Shown: positions 29,067-39,710, counted from the first letter of the stretch. The stretch is DNA of 64,000 bases from Desulfobacterales bacterium (GCA_963674755.2 CAXXVS010000002.1:352001-416000), one strand, 5' to 3'. Translations and numbers: made by a program. Notes: a model not told the origin generated them from the sequence alone.

Positions 29067-30464
29067 TTATTGAATTTCCGGCCGTTGGCAGCGGGGGCTG
29101 CTGAAAAATGTGCTATGAATGGCGTTGACGCCGCTTGCCAGGTTCTTGTGTTTGACGAGGAAATACAAAGCGGCGCGCGACGGACCGAAGGAGATCATTT
29201 CCACATTGACCCGGCAACGGGCCACCGCTGTAAAACAGCGGGCGGCAATGCCCTCCCGGTGCTGGATACCGTCGCCGACAATCCCGATGAGGGCCATATC
29301 TTCCAGACGATCTATTTTACGGAATGGCCGCGATCTGTTTCCCATCAGGGCCTGGCGGGCCGGCGCCATGTCCTGCCGTGCCAACAATAGGCTAATGCAG
29401 GTCTGGGAAGTCACCACGGATTTGATGTTGATGCCGTTGGCCGCAATACAAGTGGCCACCTCTCCCAGAATGCCCGGACGGGCGCCGACGCCGGAGGCAT
29501 GCACTTTCAAAATGCCGATATCGCTGTCATAGGCCACGCTTTTGATAACGCTGCGGGGGCGGGGGCTGCGTGAGGTGATCAGGGTGCCCGGGGCATCGGG
29601 GGCCAGCGTATTGCGAATGGCGATCTTCATCTTCCGGCGGCGCGCCGGTTCCACCGTCCTGGGGTGCAGGATCTTGGCCCCGAAGTAAGCCAGTTCGGCC
29701 GCCTCTTCATAGGAGAGCACCGGTATCAGCCGGGCCTCGGGCACCAGGCGGGGGTCGGCGCTCATGAACCCCTCCGTATCCTTCCATATATCCAACCGCT
29801 CCGCGTCCAGGGCGACCGCCACAACAGCGGCCGCATAGTCGCTCCCCCCGCGTCCGAAAGTCGTTATGTCACCACTCTCGCTGGTGCCGAAAAAACCGGG
29901 TATGAAAAGGATCTTCCCCTCTCCCAGAAGCGGAGGCAAATGCTGCTTAAAATGACGCGCGGTTTTGGTTAAATCGGCGGTGGCATCGCCATATTTGCCG
30001 TCCGTGATCAATCCGATCTTATGGGGCATGCGATAGGTGGCGGATACCCCGCGGCTGCGGACCGCACCCGCCAATAGCTGGGCCGCCAAGCGCTCGCCAT
30101 AGCTGCTGATGACATCGGTCAAGCGTGGTGTAATCGCCCGGGTGAAATTCAGGCCATAGTAGAGGCGCTCCAACTGGCCGAGGCTTTTTCCCAATTCGCG
30201 GGTGTAGCCGTTGAGGTCCGGCTTGCGCGGCATCAGATGGCGGGCTACCAGAAGATGGCGCGTTTTCAACTTGCCGATCAGCTCGGGGATGTGGGCCTCG
30301 TCTTCCAGAGCGGCCTTCAGACTACCCAACAGAAAGTCGGTCACACCATGCAGGGCCGATACGACAAAGACATGCCCCGGTCCGCGTGTTGCCATGAGAT
30401 CGACGATGCCGGCGATCGTTTTTCTACCGTTCAGACAGCCTCCCCCAACCTTGATGACATGCAT
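29067..30464 (-). CDS. Aspartate kinase with two ACT domains
   Basis: VIKVGG, VVSA, SYGERL, TTFGRGGSD, 'SADPR', 'EAAELAYFGAKILHP'. Confidence 0.93.
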   Translation of the reverse strand: MHVIKVGGGCLNGRKTIAGIVDLMATRGPGHVFVVSALHGVTDFLLGSLKAALEDEAHIPELIGKLKTRHLLVARHLMPRKPDLNGYTRELGKSLGQLERLYYGLNFTRAITPRLTDVISSYGERLAAQLLAGAVRSRGVSATYRMPHKIGLITDGKYGDATADLTKTARHFKQHLPPLLGEGKILFIPGFFGTSESGDITTFGRGGSDYAAAVVAVALDAERLDIWKDTEGFMSADPRLVPEARLIPVLSYEEAAELAYFGAKILHPRTVEPARRRKMKIAIRNTLAPDAPGTLITSRSPRPRSVIKSVAYDSDIGILKVHASGVGARPGILGEVATCIAANGINIKSVVTSQTCISLLLARQDMAPARQALMGNRSRPFRKIDRLEDMALIGIVGDGIQHREGIAARCFTAVARCRVNVEMISFGPSRAALYFLVKHKNLASGVNAIHSTFFSSPRCQRPEIQ

Positions 30465-30742
30465 CGCGATGATTTCCTTCCCTTTGAAGCGTCAATAGCG
30501 GTCAGCCGTGCACTTACCGGCGGAACCAGTCGGATGAGGTTTGTTAGCTTAAAACATCAGGGTGCACAAGCCGGATTGAACGGCATCGCCGAAAGGGGGC
30601 GACTTGCAGCGAGGGCATTCGGGCGCTTGGTCGGAGGATGGTGCGGAATTTTAGCGGATACCCCATGGGGGCCCTCGGCGGATGGAATGGTCCTCTTATG
30701 CGATTCTCTGCGGAAGAGATAACAAAGGACCGCAGGAGGGCC

Positions 30743-31027
30743 TCAAGAGGACGGGGGCGAATCGCGGAAGAATTGAGCGCAGCAATCGGTACATTGCCAG
30801 GCCGGACCATCGCTCCGGTTCTTGAAGCTGCCGATGGCGATTCCACCGCCATCCAGGGCATTTTCCAGCTCCGGAATGAAGACGGGCATACCGCTCAGGA
30901 GAAGGGCGATTTTAGCGGATCCGCACCATGGACAATGAGACGGTTTCCGGGTGGTTCGCATTTTCATCGCGGGATCGATGCGGATGTCATTTGCTTCGTG
31001 AGATGAAGACGGCATAGTGCTTTCCAT
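30743..31027 (-). CDS. Small zinc-ribbon-like protein (start may be 30967)
   Basis: CPWCGS...GMP...PAWQCTDC, two CxxC pairs; lies downstream of a sigma54-type promoter. Confidence 0.6.
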   Translation of the reverse strand: MESTMPSSSHEANDIRIDPAMKMRTTRKPSHCPWCGSAKIALLLSGMPVFIPELENALDGGGIAIGSFKNRSDGPAWQCTDCCAQFFRDSPPSS

Positions 31028-31102
31028 GAGATGAACGGCCTTTCTTTCGGTTGTGCATCTGAAGGGGGGGTGCGAGAGATGCGATCATGCGAGGGCTATT
31101 TA

Positions 31103-31118
31103 TGCAGGGAACGTGCCA
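31103..31118 (-). promoter_or_regulatory. Sigma54 -24/-12 promoter
   Basis: Minus strand TGGCACGTTCCCTGCA; IHF-like TTTCAATCACTTG at 31136-31148; palindrome GTCCA-N5-TGGAC at 31273-31287. Confidence 0.75.
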
Positions 31119-31431
31119 GATGACGCTGAACACTATTTCAATCACTTGCGATACCACTATAACTATCTGAAAGTGAATAAAATTTAAGTTTATAAAGAAA
31201 AGGGCGGGCCTTAATGACAAAGTCGTTTTCGAAACAGGCGCCTATTTCGTAGACATCTCTATTAAAAACAACGTCCATGAATTGGACAGGTCACGGGCGG
31301 AAAGTTTAACTGCGGTGGGTTGGATTGAGAAAAGATGAGTTGTAGCGCCTCAAGAAATATGACAAGCGCCGGTGCCGCGCGCGATACGGAATGCGGTCAC
31401 TTTGTTATCGAAGATATCACCAATGCGAACG

Positions 31432-31836
31432 CTAGATGACGCGCTACCCGCGACCTGCAAAGACCTCCGCCATGCAGCGGGCGTTTGCCAGGGTCTGACG
31501 TGCTGCAGCCCCCTATAATCGGGAGAGGCGGCCTGCTGGAAGCATACCGCCTTGGCGGCGACGGCATTCATGGACGGGGTCCCCTGGCAGCCCGGAAATA
31601 CGGAGCTGTCGCGGGCCAGCTGCTCAAGCGCGTCGGCGTTTTCACAAGCGGCATGATAGCTGGTGCCCGGGATACCCCTCGGCCGCCTTCACGGCGAAGG
31701 GCGATCCCTGGGCGGCGAGCATACTGTAGGGCGGATGGTTTTCAGCGGCAATGAGGTCGATGGTATCCTGCAGGCGTTGGGCCTCGCGTTCGATAAGGGT
31801 ATTTACTTCGGGATCTCCGCTGAGGAATGGGGGCAT
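31432..31836 (-). pseudogene. glyA: Serine hydroxymethyltransferase pseudogene (frameshifts, stops, large internal deletion)
   Basis: DPEV..IEREAQR...IDLIAAEN...QGS...KAAEGYPG, frameshift, YHAACENADALEQLARD joined directly to SSVFPGCQGTPSMNAVAAKAVCF, frameshift, QTLANARCMAEVFAGRG*RVI*. Confidence 0.88.
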
Positions 31837-31984
31837 GCCGCAATTCTCCGTATATCGTTGACAGGGCTTCCGCCCCCTGTCGATGCCAGAGAGGCATGAT
31901 GCCCTTGACTTGCTGATCGCCTCCATTGTACTAACCCAAAACCAACAACGAATACTGAAATCGTCTCGGGAGCAATTTACGCGC

Positions 31985-32575
31985 ATGGTTGAACGTACAG
32001 GCGAAGTGGAGCGCAACACCAAGGAAACCCGTATAAAGGTGCGCTTAGGCCTTGACGGTCAGGGAAAGGCCGATATTGCCACCGGCATCCCTTTTCTGGA
32101 TCACATGCTGACCCTGACGGCAGCCCATGGTTTTCTGGATATGGCGATCAGTGCCCAGGGCGATCTCAAGGTGGACTTCCATCACACGGTCGAGGACCTG
32201 GGGCTTGTTTTAGGCGAAGCCCTGGATAAGGCCCTGGGGGACCGGGCGGGTATCCGGCGCTTCGGACATGCCGTAACACCCATGGACGACGCCTTGGCAA
32301 AAGTCACCATCGATCTCTCCAAAAGACCATACCTCGTTTGCCGGCTGCCCCAGGGAATGCCCCCCGCCGGACAGTTCGCCCCGCATCTGGTGCGGGAATT
32401 TTGCCGGGCGCTGGCGATGCGGGGGGGGATGAATCTGCACATCAATGTGGACTATGGTGAAGATCCCCATCATATCATCGAGGCTGTTTTCAAATCCCTG
32501 GGACGCGCGTTGTCCCAGGCCGTTGGTGTAGATGCGCGCGTGCGTGGGGCTCGTACCACCAAGGGAATGTACTAA
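31985..32575 (+). CDS. hisB: Imidazoleglycerol-phosphate dehydratase
   Basis: RNTKET, TGIPFLDHML, DFHHTVED, PMDDA, HHIIEAVFK. Confidence 0.96.
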   Translation: MVERTGEVERNTKETRIKVRLGLDGQGKADIATGIPFLDHMLTLTAAHGFLDMAISAQGDLKVDFHHTVEDLGLVLGEALDKALGDRAGIRRFGHAVTPMDDALAKVTIDLSKRPYLVCRLPQGMPPAGQFAPHLVREFCRALAMRGGMNLHINVDYGEDPHHIIEAVFKSLGRALSQAVGVDARVRGARTTKGMY

Positions 32576-32679
32576 GGTTTCCCACCAACCACGACAGCGC
32601 GCATTGCCGATTACCGGTTTTCACCTGATATGCCGGCGGTTTCCCAAAGACGATCAACACGCACCTGGAAACGTAGGCC

Positions 32680-33360
32680 ATGATTTCACGATCCGCCATC
32701 CTGCGATGGACCATTTTACTCTTGTGCGGCCTTGGGTTGGGGGGGTGTCGCTCCGGTGGCCCGGTGATCCAACCAAGCGGCGAATTGACCGGAACGGAGC
32801 GCGTCTTGGTACTGCCCTTTAAAAACATGGCCTGGTTGTATGGCGAGGGTGTCAATGTGCGCAGCCCGCTCACGGGCAAGGTATTCATGACCGGGCCGAC
32901 GGCCGAAGGTGCCGATCGCCTTCTCACGGAAATGCTGGTGGATGCCTTGCGCCGGCAAACCCGTTTCCAGACGGTGCCCTCCAGCGAGGCGCCGGCTGTT
33001 CTGGATGCGCTCCAGTCAAGCCCGGAGGCACAGCGTTCGCCATTGAAGACGCTGGCCCAGACCGGCCGCATGTTGGATGCCGATCTGGTGTTCCAGGGCT
33101 ATGTGTATCGCTTCAAGAATCGGGTAGGCAAAGATTATGCCGCGGAGTCGGCCGCCTCGGTGGCGTTCGACCTTTATCTGGTCGATAGCCGTGCCCAGAA
33201 AGTGGTCTGGTCGGCCTATTTCGACGAAACACAGCAAGCCCTGACAGACGATCTGCTTTTTATGGGAACCTTTTTCCGGCGTGGTGCACGCTGGATTACC
33301 GCCGAAGAAATGGCCTCGGAAGCCATGACGGATATGTTTAAGGGATTTGAACAGCCATGA
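32680..33360 (+). CDS. Hypothetical lipoprotein
   Basis: LGLGGC lipobox; 'RVLVLPF', 'LDADLVFQG' (LpoB/CsgG-like fold suspected). Confidence 0.75.
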   Translation: MISRSAILRWTILLLCGLGLGGCRSGGPVIQPSGELTGTERVLVLPFKNMAWLYGEGVNVRSPLTGKVFMTGPTAEGADRLLTEMLVDALRRQTRFQTVPSSEAPAVLDALQSSPEAQRSPLKTLAQTGRMLDADLVFQGYVYRFKNRVGKDYAAESAASVAFDLYLVDSRAQKVVWSAYFDETQQALTDDLLFMGTFFRRGARWITAEEMASEAMTDMFKGFEQP

Positions 33361-34103
33361 TGATCATACCGGCAGTCGATATCAAAGACGGGCGCTGCGT
33401 CCGTCTGTTGCAGGGCGAGATGGATAAGGTAACCGTTTTTTCCGATAATCCGGCCGCCATGGCCCAGCGCTGGGAGGCCATGGGGGCGGAGCTTATCCAC
33501 CTGGTGGATCTCAACGGGGCGGTTGATAAGAAGCCTCGCAACCTGAGTGCGGTCGAGACGATTCTGACCGGTATCCGCGTGCCCGTGCAATTGGGCGGTG
33601 GGATTCGGGATATGGCCACCATCGAAACCTATATCAACAAGGGGGTGGCACGCATCGTCCTGGGCACGGAAGCCATCCGCAACCCGGATCTGGTGGTTCA
33701 GGCCGCCCGGGCTTTCCCGGAATGCATCGTTGTCGGAATCGATGCCCGTAACGGTTATGTGGCCATCGAGGGGTGGACGGAAACCACCGGAACCACAGCG
33801 GTGGATCTGGCCCGCCGTTTTGAGGACATTGGTATTGCCGCCATCAATTTTACCGATATCCATCGGGACGGCATGCAAAGCGGCCCCAACATCGAAGCGA
33901 CCCGCCAGTTGGCGGAAGCCGTCGCTATTCCGGTGGTGGCCTCCGGCGGCGTGTCAACCATCGATGACATCAAAAACCTGCTGCCCCTGGCCTCGGTTGG
34001 GGTGCAGGGGGTCATCACCGGCAAAGCCCTTTACAGCGGCTCGCTGGATCTGCGGGCCGCCATTGCGCTGACGCGCAACACCGAAACCACGCCTCCCCCC
34101 TGA
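33357..34103 (+). CDS. hisA: ProFAR isomerase HisA
   Basis: IIPAVDIKDGRCVRLLQG, HLVDLNGA, QLGGGIR, TDIHRDGMQSGPN, ASGGVS. Confidence 0.96.
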   Translation: MMIIPAVDIKDGRCVRLLQGEMDKVTVFSDNPAAMAQRWEAMGAELIHLVDLNGAVDKKPRNLSAVETILTGIRVPVQLGGGIRDMATIETYINKGVARIVLGTEAIRNPDLVVQAARAFPECIVVGIDARNGYVAIEGWTETTGTTAVDLARRFEDIGIAAINFTDIHRDGMQSGPNIEATRQLAEAVAIPVVASGGVSTIDDIKNLLPLASVGVQGVITGKALYSGSLDLRAAIALTRNTETTPPP

Positions 34104-34154
34104 CAAAGCCCACCTTACAGCCCTCCCAGCGCTTCATCGGTTGGCATTTCATAC

Positions 34155-34200
34155 CATTTGTCCGTGCAAGGGGATGACCTTGCCCCGAACGGATAAATGG
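34155..34200 (+). terminator. Long stem-loop after hisA (no U-tract)
   Basis: CCATTTGTCCGT/ACGGATAAATGG outer stem, GCAAGG/CCTTGC inner stem. Confidence 0.4.
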
Positions 34201-34380
34201 CGCTTGACATAATGTTTCATATGCTCTAACTAAACGCGTTTAATGGAATTTTGTTTTGACACTGTGGGAATCACGGTGAGCTTAGTGACGTTCAAACAAC
34301 AGCCGGTAAAGCTGCATCCTATCTAATATCCCGCCTTCATTGGTTTATCCACGCGTCTCACCACCGGGAGGAACTGCTGG

Positions 34381-36207
34381 TTGGTCTCGTTTATACCGGA
34401 AGAAAAAATCGCAGAAGTCAGGGATGCCTGTAATATCGTCGATGTGATCGGTGAGACGGTCCTGTTGAAAAAAGCCGGCCGCAACTACACCGGCCTTTGC
34501 CCTTTTCATGCTGAGAAAACGCCTTCCTTCACGGTGAGTCCCGACAAGCAGATGTTTTATTGCTTCGGATGCGGCGAGGGCGGCAATGTCTTCAGTTTTT
34601 TGATGAAACAGCAGGGACTGTCTTTCCCCGAAACCGTCAAGATGCTGGCCGAACGGACTGGAATCCACCTCCCCGCCGACCGTCCGACCCATGCCCAAAA
34701 GCGCCGACGGAGCGAGCGACAGGCGATTCTGGAACTCAACCAGCTCACCATGGGGCTTTACCGGAAAACCCTGCAGCGGGACCCGCGGGGGCGGGTGGCG
34801 CGCGAATACCTGCGGAAACGCGGCTTCAAGCAGGAGGTGATAGAGGCCTTCAACCTCGGGTATGCTCCGGCGGGATGGGATCATTTGGCATGCTACTTCC
34901 AACGGCAGAGCCTGTCCCTGGAACTGGCGGAAAAGGCGGGTTTGGTGGTCCCACGCCGACAGGGTCAGGGGTACTACGACCGTTTCCGGGATCGGATTAT
35001 TTTTCCTATCCTGGACCAGCGCCAGCAGGTGATCGCTTTTGGCGGCCGGGTCCTTGATGATGCCCTGCCCAAATATTTGAATTCACCGGAAACGCCCGTC
35101 TACCACAAAAGCCGCTCGCTTTTCGGTCTGAATCTGGCCCAGTCGCATTGCAGGACAGAAGAACGGGTTTATATTGTTGAAGGTTATTTGGATGTTATGG
35201 CTTTGCATCAAAATGGGGTCAGCAATGCGGTGGGGACGCTGGGAACGTCGCTGACCGCCGAGCATGTGCGCCTGCTGCGGGGGTATATCGGCCAATCCGG
35301 CCATGCGGTCCTGGTATTCGATTCGGACGAGGCCGGGCTCAAGGCGGCCCAGCGCAGCACCGCGGTTTTTGCCCGTGAATTTGTCGAAGCGCGCATTCTC
35401 GTTCTGCCCCCCGGCCATGATCCGGACACGTTCATGATGACCTTCGGCCCCCAGGCCTTCGCTGAAAAAAGCGAGGAAGCCAAAGGCATGGTGCCTTTTT
35501 TAATCGATGCCGCCATCGAGCGTCACGGGTTGAGCATGGAAGGGCGCATCAAGGCGCTGGAGGATGTTGCCGAGCCGATGGCGGCTTTTGAGGATCCGGT
35601 GGCGCGTTCCGTTTATATCAAGTATCTGGCCGAACGGGTCGATATTAACGAAACGGCTGTGTTGGAGAAGATCCGACAGGTGGCGGGCAAGCCCCAAAGA
35701 GGCGCACAAGCCAGCCCCGAGGGGCGAACGGCATCGGCGGCTTCGGCCCCGCTGGCCGTTTCGGAACACCACCGGATCGAACGGCAGTTGGTCGCGATGA
35801 TGCTTCAGTTCCCGGAGATTCTGCCGGAAATTCGTAAGCACAACATCTTACGATTGATTGAGGACCCCGTATTGAGGGTGATCGGTCAGGAGGCGGTGGG
35901 CGAAACGGTACGGAGCGCCAATACACGGGAAGCGAAGGACCGCCGCTTGGCTGCCGATGATATTGACCGTGTCAGAGCACGATTAAGTATTCAAGAGGAA
36001 AGCTGGGAAGTTAAGGGGTGCATCAACCTCATCCGACAATTCAAGGATAGCAAAAGAGCGGCGTCCCTGACCAAATTGGATGAAAAAATTCGCCAGGCGG
36101 AAAAAGATGATGATTCTGAACGCTTAGCGGAGTTGCTGCGCGAGCGACATAATCAAGCGATCGCACACGACAGAGAAAAGGCTATTTACCAGAATAAATC
36201 CGTTTAA
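34381..36207 (+). CDS. dnaG: DNA primase
   Basis: [11 protein letters not shown]...CFGC zinc finger, [34 protein letters not shown] start with GGAGGA. Confidence 0.97.
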   Translation: MVSFIPEEKIAEVRDACNIVDVIGETVLLKKAGRNYTGLCPFHAEKTPSFTVSPDKQMFYCFGCGEGGNVFSFLMKQQGLSFPETVKMLAERTGIHLPADRPTHAQKRRRSERQAILELNQLTMGLYRKTLQRDPRGRVAREYLRKRGFKQEVIEAFNLGYAPAGWDHLACYFQRQSLSLELAEKAGLVVPRRQGQGYYDRFRDRIIFPILDQRQQVIAFGGRVLDDALPKYLNSPETPVYHKSRSLFGLNLAQSHCRTEERVYIVEGYLDVMALHQNGVSNAVGTLGTSLTAEHVRLLRGYIGQSGHAVLVFDSDEAGLKAAQRSTAVFAREFVEARILVLPPGHDPDTFMMTFGPQAFAEKSEEAKGMVPFLIDAAIERHGLSMEGRIKALEDVAEPMAAFEDPVARSVYIKYLAERVDINETAVLEKIRQVAGKPQRGAQASPEGRTASAASAPLAVSEHHRIERQLVAMMLQFPEILPEIRKHNILRLIEDPVLRVIGQEAVGETVRSANTREAKDRRLAADDIDRVRARLSIQEESWEVKGCINLIRQFKDSKRAASLTKLDEKIRQAEKDDDSERLAELLRERHNQAIAHDREKAIYQNKSV

Positions 36208-36293
36208 ACCCGCCGTTCATGGAATTGACGGCGGATATCAGCGGATACGCTTTAGCGTTACATCCATTCCACGCATGCGGGAGGCAATGTTTT

Positions 36294-38543
36294 ATGGCAA
36301 AAAAAGCCGCGGCCAAGGCAGAAGAATCCGCCAAGCAGAAACCCAGGACGGAAGCCAAGACCCAGTCGACAAAGAAGGCGAAGGCGGGGCAGCGCAAAAA
36401 GCCCTCGAAGGCAAAACCGCGAACCACCCAGTCAGCCCAAGAGGATGCCGCTCCCAAAGAGCTGAACAAGACGGCGAGAAAAACAACTTCCCAAAAGCGC
36501 AAAGCGAAAAGCAGCAAGAAAAAATCCGTTGCCGCCTCCCAAAAGACGGACAAAGCCGCCAAGTCGGCAATTTCTGAAGAGAAGGCTGTTCCCCAAAAGG
36601 CGGCTGCTCAAAAGAAGAAGAATGCCAAGAAAGTGAAGGCCCGCCAAACGGAACCCAAAAAGGCAACACCCCGCAAGGGTAAAGCCGCCCCCCCAAAAGT
36701 GGCCAAATCGCAAGCCGCGGCCGCCCCCAAAGCAGAGAAAGCAAAGGCCGCTTCCAAGAAGTCGACGGCCCCCGTCAAGAAGATCTCGGCCGCCCCGCCG
36801 GAGGAAAACGGGAAGGAAGCGGTCATCAAAGCATTAGAAGCGCTGGTGGCGAAGGGTAAATCCCAAGGGTTTCTGACGTACAAGGAAATCAACCAGATTC
36901 TACCCGAAGAATTCATGTCGCCGGACCAGATCGACGATACCCTTATGATGTTTGATGAATATGACATCGAAGTCTTGGACGAAGAAAAGCAGAGCATGAC
37001 GGCCAAGGCCAAGGATGATAAAAATCCCACCCTCCAAGCGGATGATAGCGGGCTAACGGATTTCGGCAGTGTCACGGATCCGGTCAAAATGTATTTGCGC
37101 GAAATGGGTAATGTAACCCTGCTAAGCCGCGAGGGGGAAGTCGAGATTGCCAAAAAAATCGAGGCCGGCGAGCAGGAGGTCCTGCGGGCCCTGCTGGATA
37201 CCACAACGGCCATCGATTGTCTCCTCGAGCTGGGGGAACATATTCAAAACGGTGCCCTGCGCCCTAAGCACGTCCTGCGGGACATCGACGAAGGTGATAA
37301 TTTTGTTGATGAAACGGAGCAGACGGAACGCTTTCTGCAAACCATTCAATCCATTCGTGACATCAACGAAGAAAATGGCGCTTTTCGAGAAAAGCTGCTG
37401 CGATCGGATGCCAAGCCTGACGAACTGCGCCGTATCCGGCGCGCCATCTCCCGCCGGACGCACAAAATTTTTGACCTCCTGAAGGATTGGCGGCTGGAAA
37501 GCAGCGTCATCGAAAAGATGGAAAGCATCATCCGCAATCAGATCGCGTGGTTCGAATCCCGCAACAAGACCCTCACATTGTATGCGGACGTCGTCGATGC
37601 GCCGATCAATGAATTGCGCGGCGAATTGAGCTCCGAAACCCGCTTTGCGAAATGGGCCAAGTTGCGTACCGACCTGACGCTCAATGAGCTCGGACAGATT
37701 TACACGGAGCTGAAGACCGTACAGGATGCTATCGAGGAGAAAGAGCGCCAAATCAACGCCAACAGCCGTATCCTCAAGCGCATTGTCAGCAGTGTCGACG
37801 AGGGCCGCTTCCGGGCCAAACTGGCCAAAAGCGAGTTGACCAAGGCCAATCTCCGTCTGGTGGTCAGCATTGCCAAAAAATATACCAACCGCGGCCTGCA
37901 ATTCCTCGATCTGATCCAGGAAGGCAATATCGGTCTGATGAAGGCGGTCGACAAGTTTGAATACCGCCGCGGCTACAAATTCAGTACTTACGCCACATGG
38001 TGGATCCGTCAGGCCATCACGCGTGCCATCGCCGATCAGGCGCGAACGATCCGCATTCCGGTTCATATGATCGAAACCATCAATAAGTTGATTCGGACTT
38101 CGCGCTATCTGGTGCAGGAGCAGGGACGGGAGCCCTCTCCCGAAGAGATTGCCGATAAAATGGAGATCCCCCTGGAAAAAGTGCGCAAAGTCCTGAAGAT
38201 CGCCCGCGAGCCCATTTCTCTTGAGACCCCCATCGGCGAAGAGGAAGACAGTCATTTGGGCGATTTCATCGAGGACAAAAAATTTATGCTGCCTTCCGAT
38301 GCCGCGGTCAGTCTGAATCTGGCCGAACAAACGCGGAAGGTATTGGCGACCCTGACGCCCAGGGAAGAAAAAGTGCTGCGCATGCGATTCGGAATTGGCG
38401 AAAAAGCGGACCATACATTGGAAGAAGTCGGGCAGGATTTTGCGGTCACCCGCGAGCGGATCCGTCAAATCGAAGCCAAGGCCCTGCGTAAGCTGCGTCA
38501 TCCAACCCGCAGCCGGAAGCTGAAACACTTTATCGAAAGTTGA
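36294..38543 (+). CDS. rpoD: Primary sigma factor RpoD with long basic N-terminal extension
   Basis: Region 1.1 (GKSQGFLTY), [55 protein letters not shown] before ATG 36294. Confidence 0.97.
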   Translation: MAKKAAAKAEESAKQKPRTEAKTQSTKKAKAGQRKKPSKAKPRTTQSAQEDAAPKELNKTARKTTSQKRKAKSSKKKSVAASQKTDKAAKSAISEEKAVPQKAAAQKKKNAKKVKARQTEPKKATPRKGKAAPPKVAKSQAAAAPKAEKAKAASKKSTAPVKKISAAPPEENGKEAVIKALEALVAKGKSQGFLTYKEINQILPEEFMSPDQIDDTLMMFDEYDIEVLDEEKQSMTAKAKDDKNPTLQADDSGLTDFGSVTDPVKMYLREMGNVTLLSREGEVEIAKKIEAGEQEVLRALLDTTTAIDCLLELGEHIQNGALRPKHVLRDIDEGDNFVDETEQTERFLQTIQSIRDINEENGAFREKLLRSDAKPDELRRIRRAISRRTHKIFDLLKDWRLESSVIEKMESIIRNQIAWFESRNKTLTLYADVVDAPINELRGELSSETRFAKWAKLRTDLTLNELGQIYTELKTVQDAIEEKERQINANSRILKRIVSSVDEGRFRAKLAKSELTKANLRLVVSIAKKYTNRGLQFLDLIQEGNIGLMKAVDKFEYRRGYKFSTYATWWIRQAITRAIADQARTIRIPVHMIETINKLIRTSRYLVQEQGREPSPEEIADKMEIPLEKVRKVLKIAREPISLETPIGEEEDSHLGDFIEDKKFMLPSDAAVSLNLAEQTRKVLATLTPREEKVLRMRFGIGEKADHTLEEVGQDFAVTRERIRQIEAKALRKLRHPTRSRKLKHFIES

Positions 38544-38587
38544 TCCGTGAACCGCTTCTATCCCGGTATGTGAGATCGGCGGATCCC

Positions 38588-38616
38588 TTGACAAAACAAC
38601 CCGGGACGGATAGTAC
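38588..38616 (+). promoter_or_regulatory. Sigma70 promoter for the tRNA
   Basis: TTGACA-17 nt-TAGTAC, ending 24 nt before the tRNA. Confidence 0.55.
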
Positions 38617-38640
38617 AGGTGTCGTTTTTAAAGCTGTTGA

Positions 38641-38713
38641 GGGCCCATAGCTCAGCTGGCAGAGCCACCGGCTCATAACCGGTCGGTCCCTGGTTCGATC
38701 CCAGGTGGGCCCA
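38641..38713 (+). tRNA. tRNA with CAT anticodon, probably tRNA-Ile2 (lysidine); CCA not encoded
   Basis: GGGCCCA/TGGGCCC acceptor stem, ACCGG-CTCATAA-CCGGT anticodon arm, GGTTCGATCC T-loop, A73; position after rpoD resembles ileX. Confidence 0.93.
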
Positions 38714-38844
38714 TACATCACGATAATCCGAATCGCCGCAACCAGCTGCAATGGCTTACGCTAGTGGAAACGACAGGAATGGGTGAGAGTAGTCATGCAG
38801 AGAAATTGGGGGCAACCGCATTGCCCCCCCCAAAGGACCCCCAG

Positions 38845-38880
38845 GGGCGTGGTTCACTCAGGAACCACGCCCTTTTTGTT
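38845..38880 (+). terminator. Rho-independent terminator
   Basis: GGGCGTGGTTC-ACTCAG-GAACCACGCCC followed by TTTTTGTT. Confidence 0.85.
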
Positions 38881-38906
38881 CACGTCAAGCGGAGGGGGGG
38901 CGTTTG

Positions 38907-39710
38907 ATGGGCGCGGCGGTGGAGGATATTCTGGCGGCCGTGGCGGAGGTGGCGCCTTGGCACCTGGCGGAAGATTGGGACAATGTCGGCTTGCAAATGG
39001 GCTCCCGTCTCTGGCCGGTACAGCGGGTCATGACCGCTCTTGATCCAACGTTAGCGGTTGTCCGCGAAGCGATCGATCGTCGGGCCAATGTCCTGGTAAC
39101 CCATCATCCGCTCATTTTCAGCCCCCTGCGAACCCTTGATGTCGATAGCCCGACGGGGCGCATTCTGGAAGCGTTGTTCGAACACCGCCTGGCGGTGATC
39201 GCGGCCCATACCAACCTCGATGCGGTCCTCGGTGGCGTGAATGATGTACTGGCATCACTATTGGGGCTGGACGATAAGGCGATTTTGCAACCGTCGGAAG
39301 GGGATCCCTCCTGCGGGTTGGGACGGATCGGCCGGATCGCATCCCGCAGCAACCTTGGTGAACTTGCCGCTGCCATCAAAAATCGTATGGCGTTGCCGCA
39401 TGTCCGTTTTGCCGGAAGCCCCGAACTTCAGGTCAGCCGCGTGGCGTTATGCTCGGGCAGCGGCTCAAGCTTGATAGGGGCTTTTTTAGCCAGCGACGCG
39501 GAAGTCTTTGTCACCGGGGACGTGCGCTATCACGATGCGCGGGAGATCGAGGCGCACGGCCGGGGGGTGGTGGATGTCGGTCACTTTGAGTCGGAACATA
39601 TCGTTTTAGATGTATTGACCGACCAACTCACGGAGCAGATGATTTCCCGCGGACTGGATGTACCCATAGAGGCCTGTGCGGGCGAGCGCGCTCCGTTTAA
39701 GACAATCTGA
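38907..39710 (+). CDS. Nif3-like dinuclear metal centre protein (DUF34)
   Basis: AEDWDNVGL, THHPLIF, HTNLD, VTGD..YH, DVGHFESE. Confidence 0.94.
   Translation: MGAAVEDILAAVAEVAPWHLAEDWDNVGLQMGSRLWPVQRVMTALDPTLAVVREAIDRRANVLVTHHPLIFSPLRTLDVDSPTGRILEALFEHRLAVIAAHTNLDAVLGGVNDVLASLLGLDDKAILQPSEGDPSCGLGRIGRIASRSNLGELAAAIKNRMALPHVRFAGSPELQVSRVALCSGSGSSLIGAFLASDAEVFVTGDVRYHDAREIEAHGRGVVDVGHFESEHIVLDVLTDQLTEQMISRGLDVPIEACAGERAPFKTI

Noticed and set aside
30465..30740. Lysine or SAM riboswitch upstream of aspartate kinase
   Set aside because: No recognisable L-box or SAM-I core motifs on the minus strand; an Rfam scan would be needed.
37122..38594. Long antisense ORFs (also 8242..9693, 45016..46467, 49958..51754, 62533..63906)
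   Set aside because: Shadow frames opposite well-supported genes in GC-rich DNA, with no domain motifs.
38641..38900. Prophage or genomic island integrated at the tRNA
   Set aside because: No integrase, no duplicated tRNA 3' end seen, and downstream genes are core (nif3, DUF164, rnpB).
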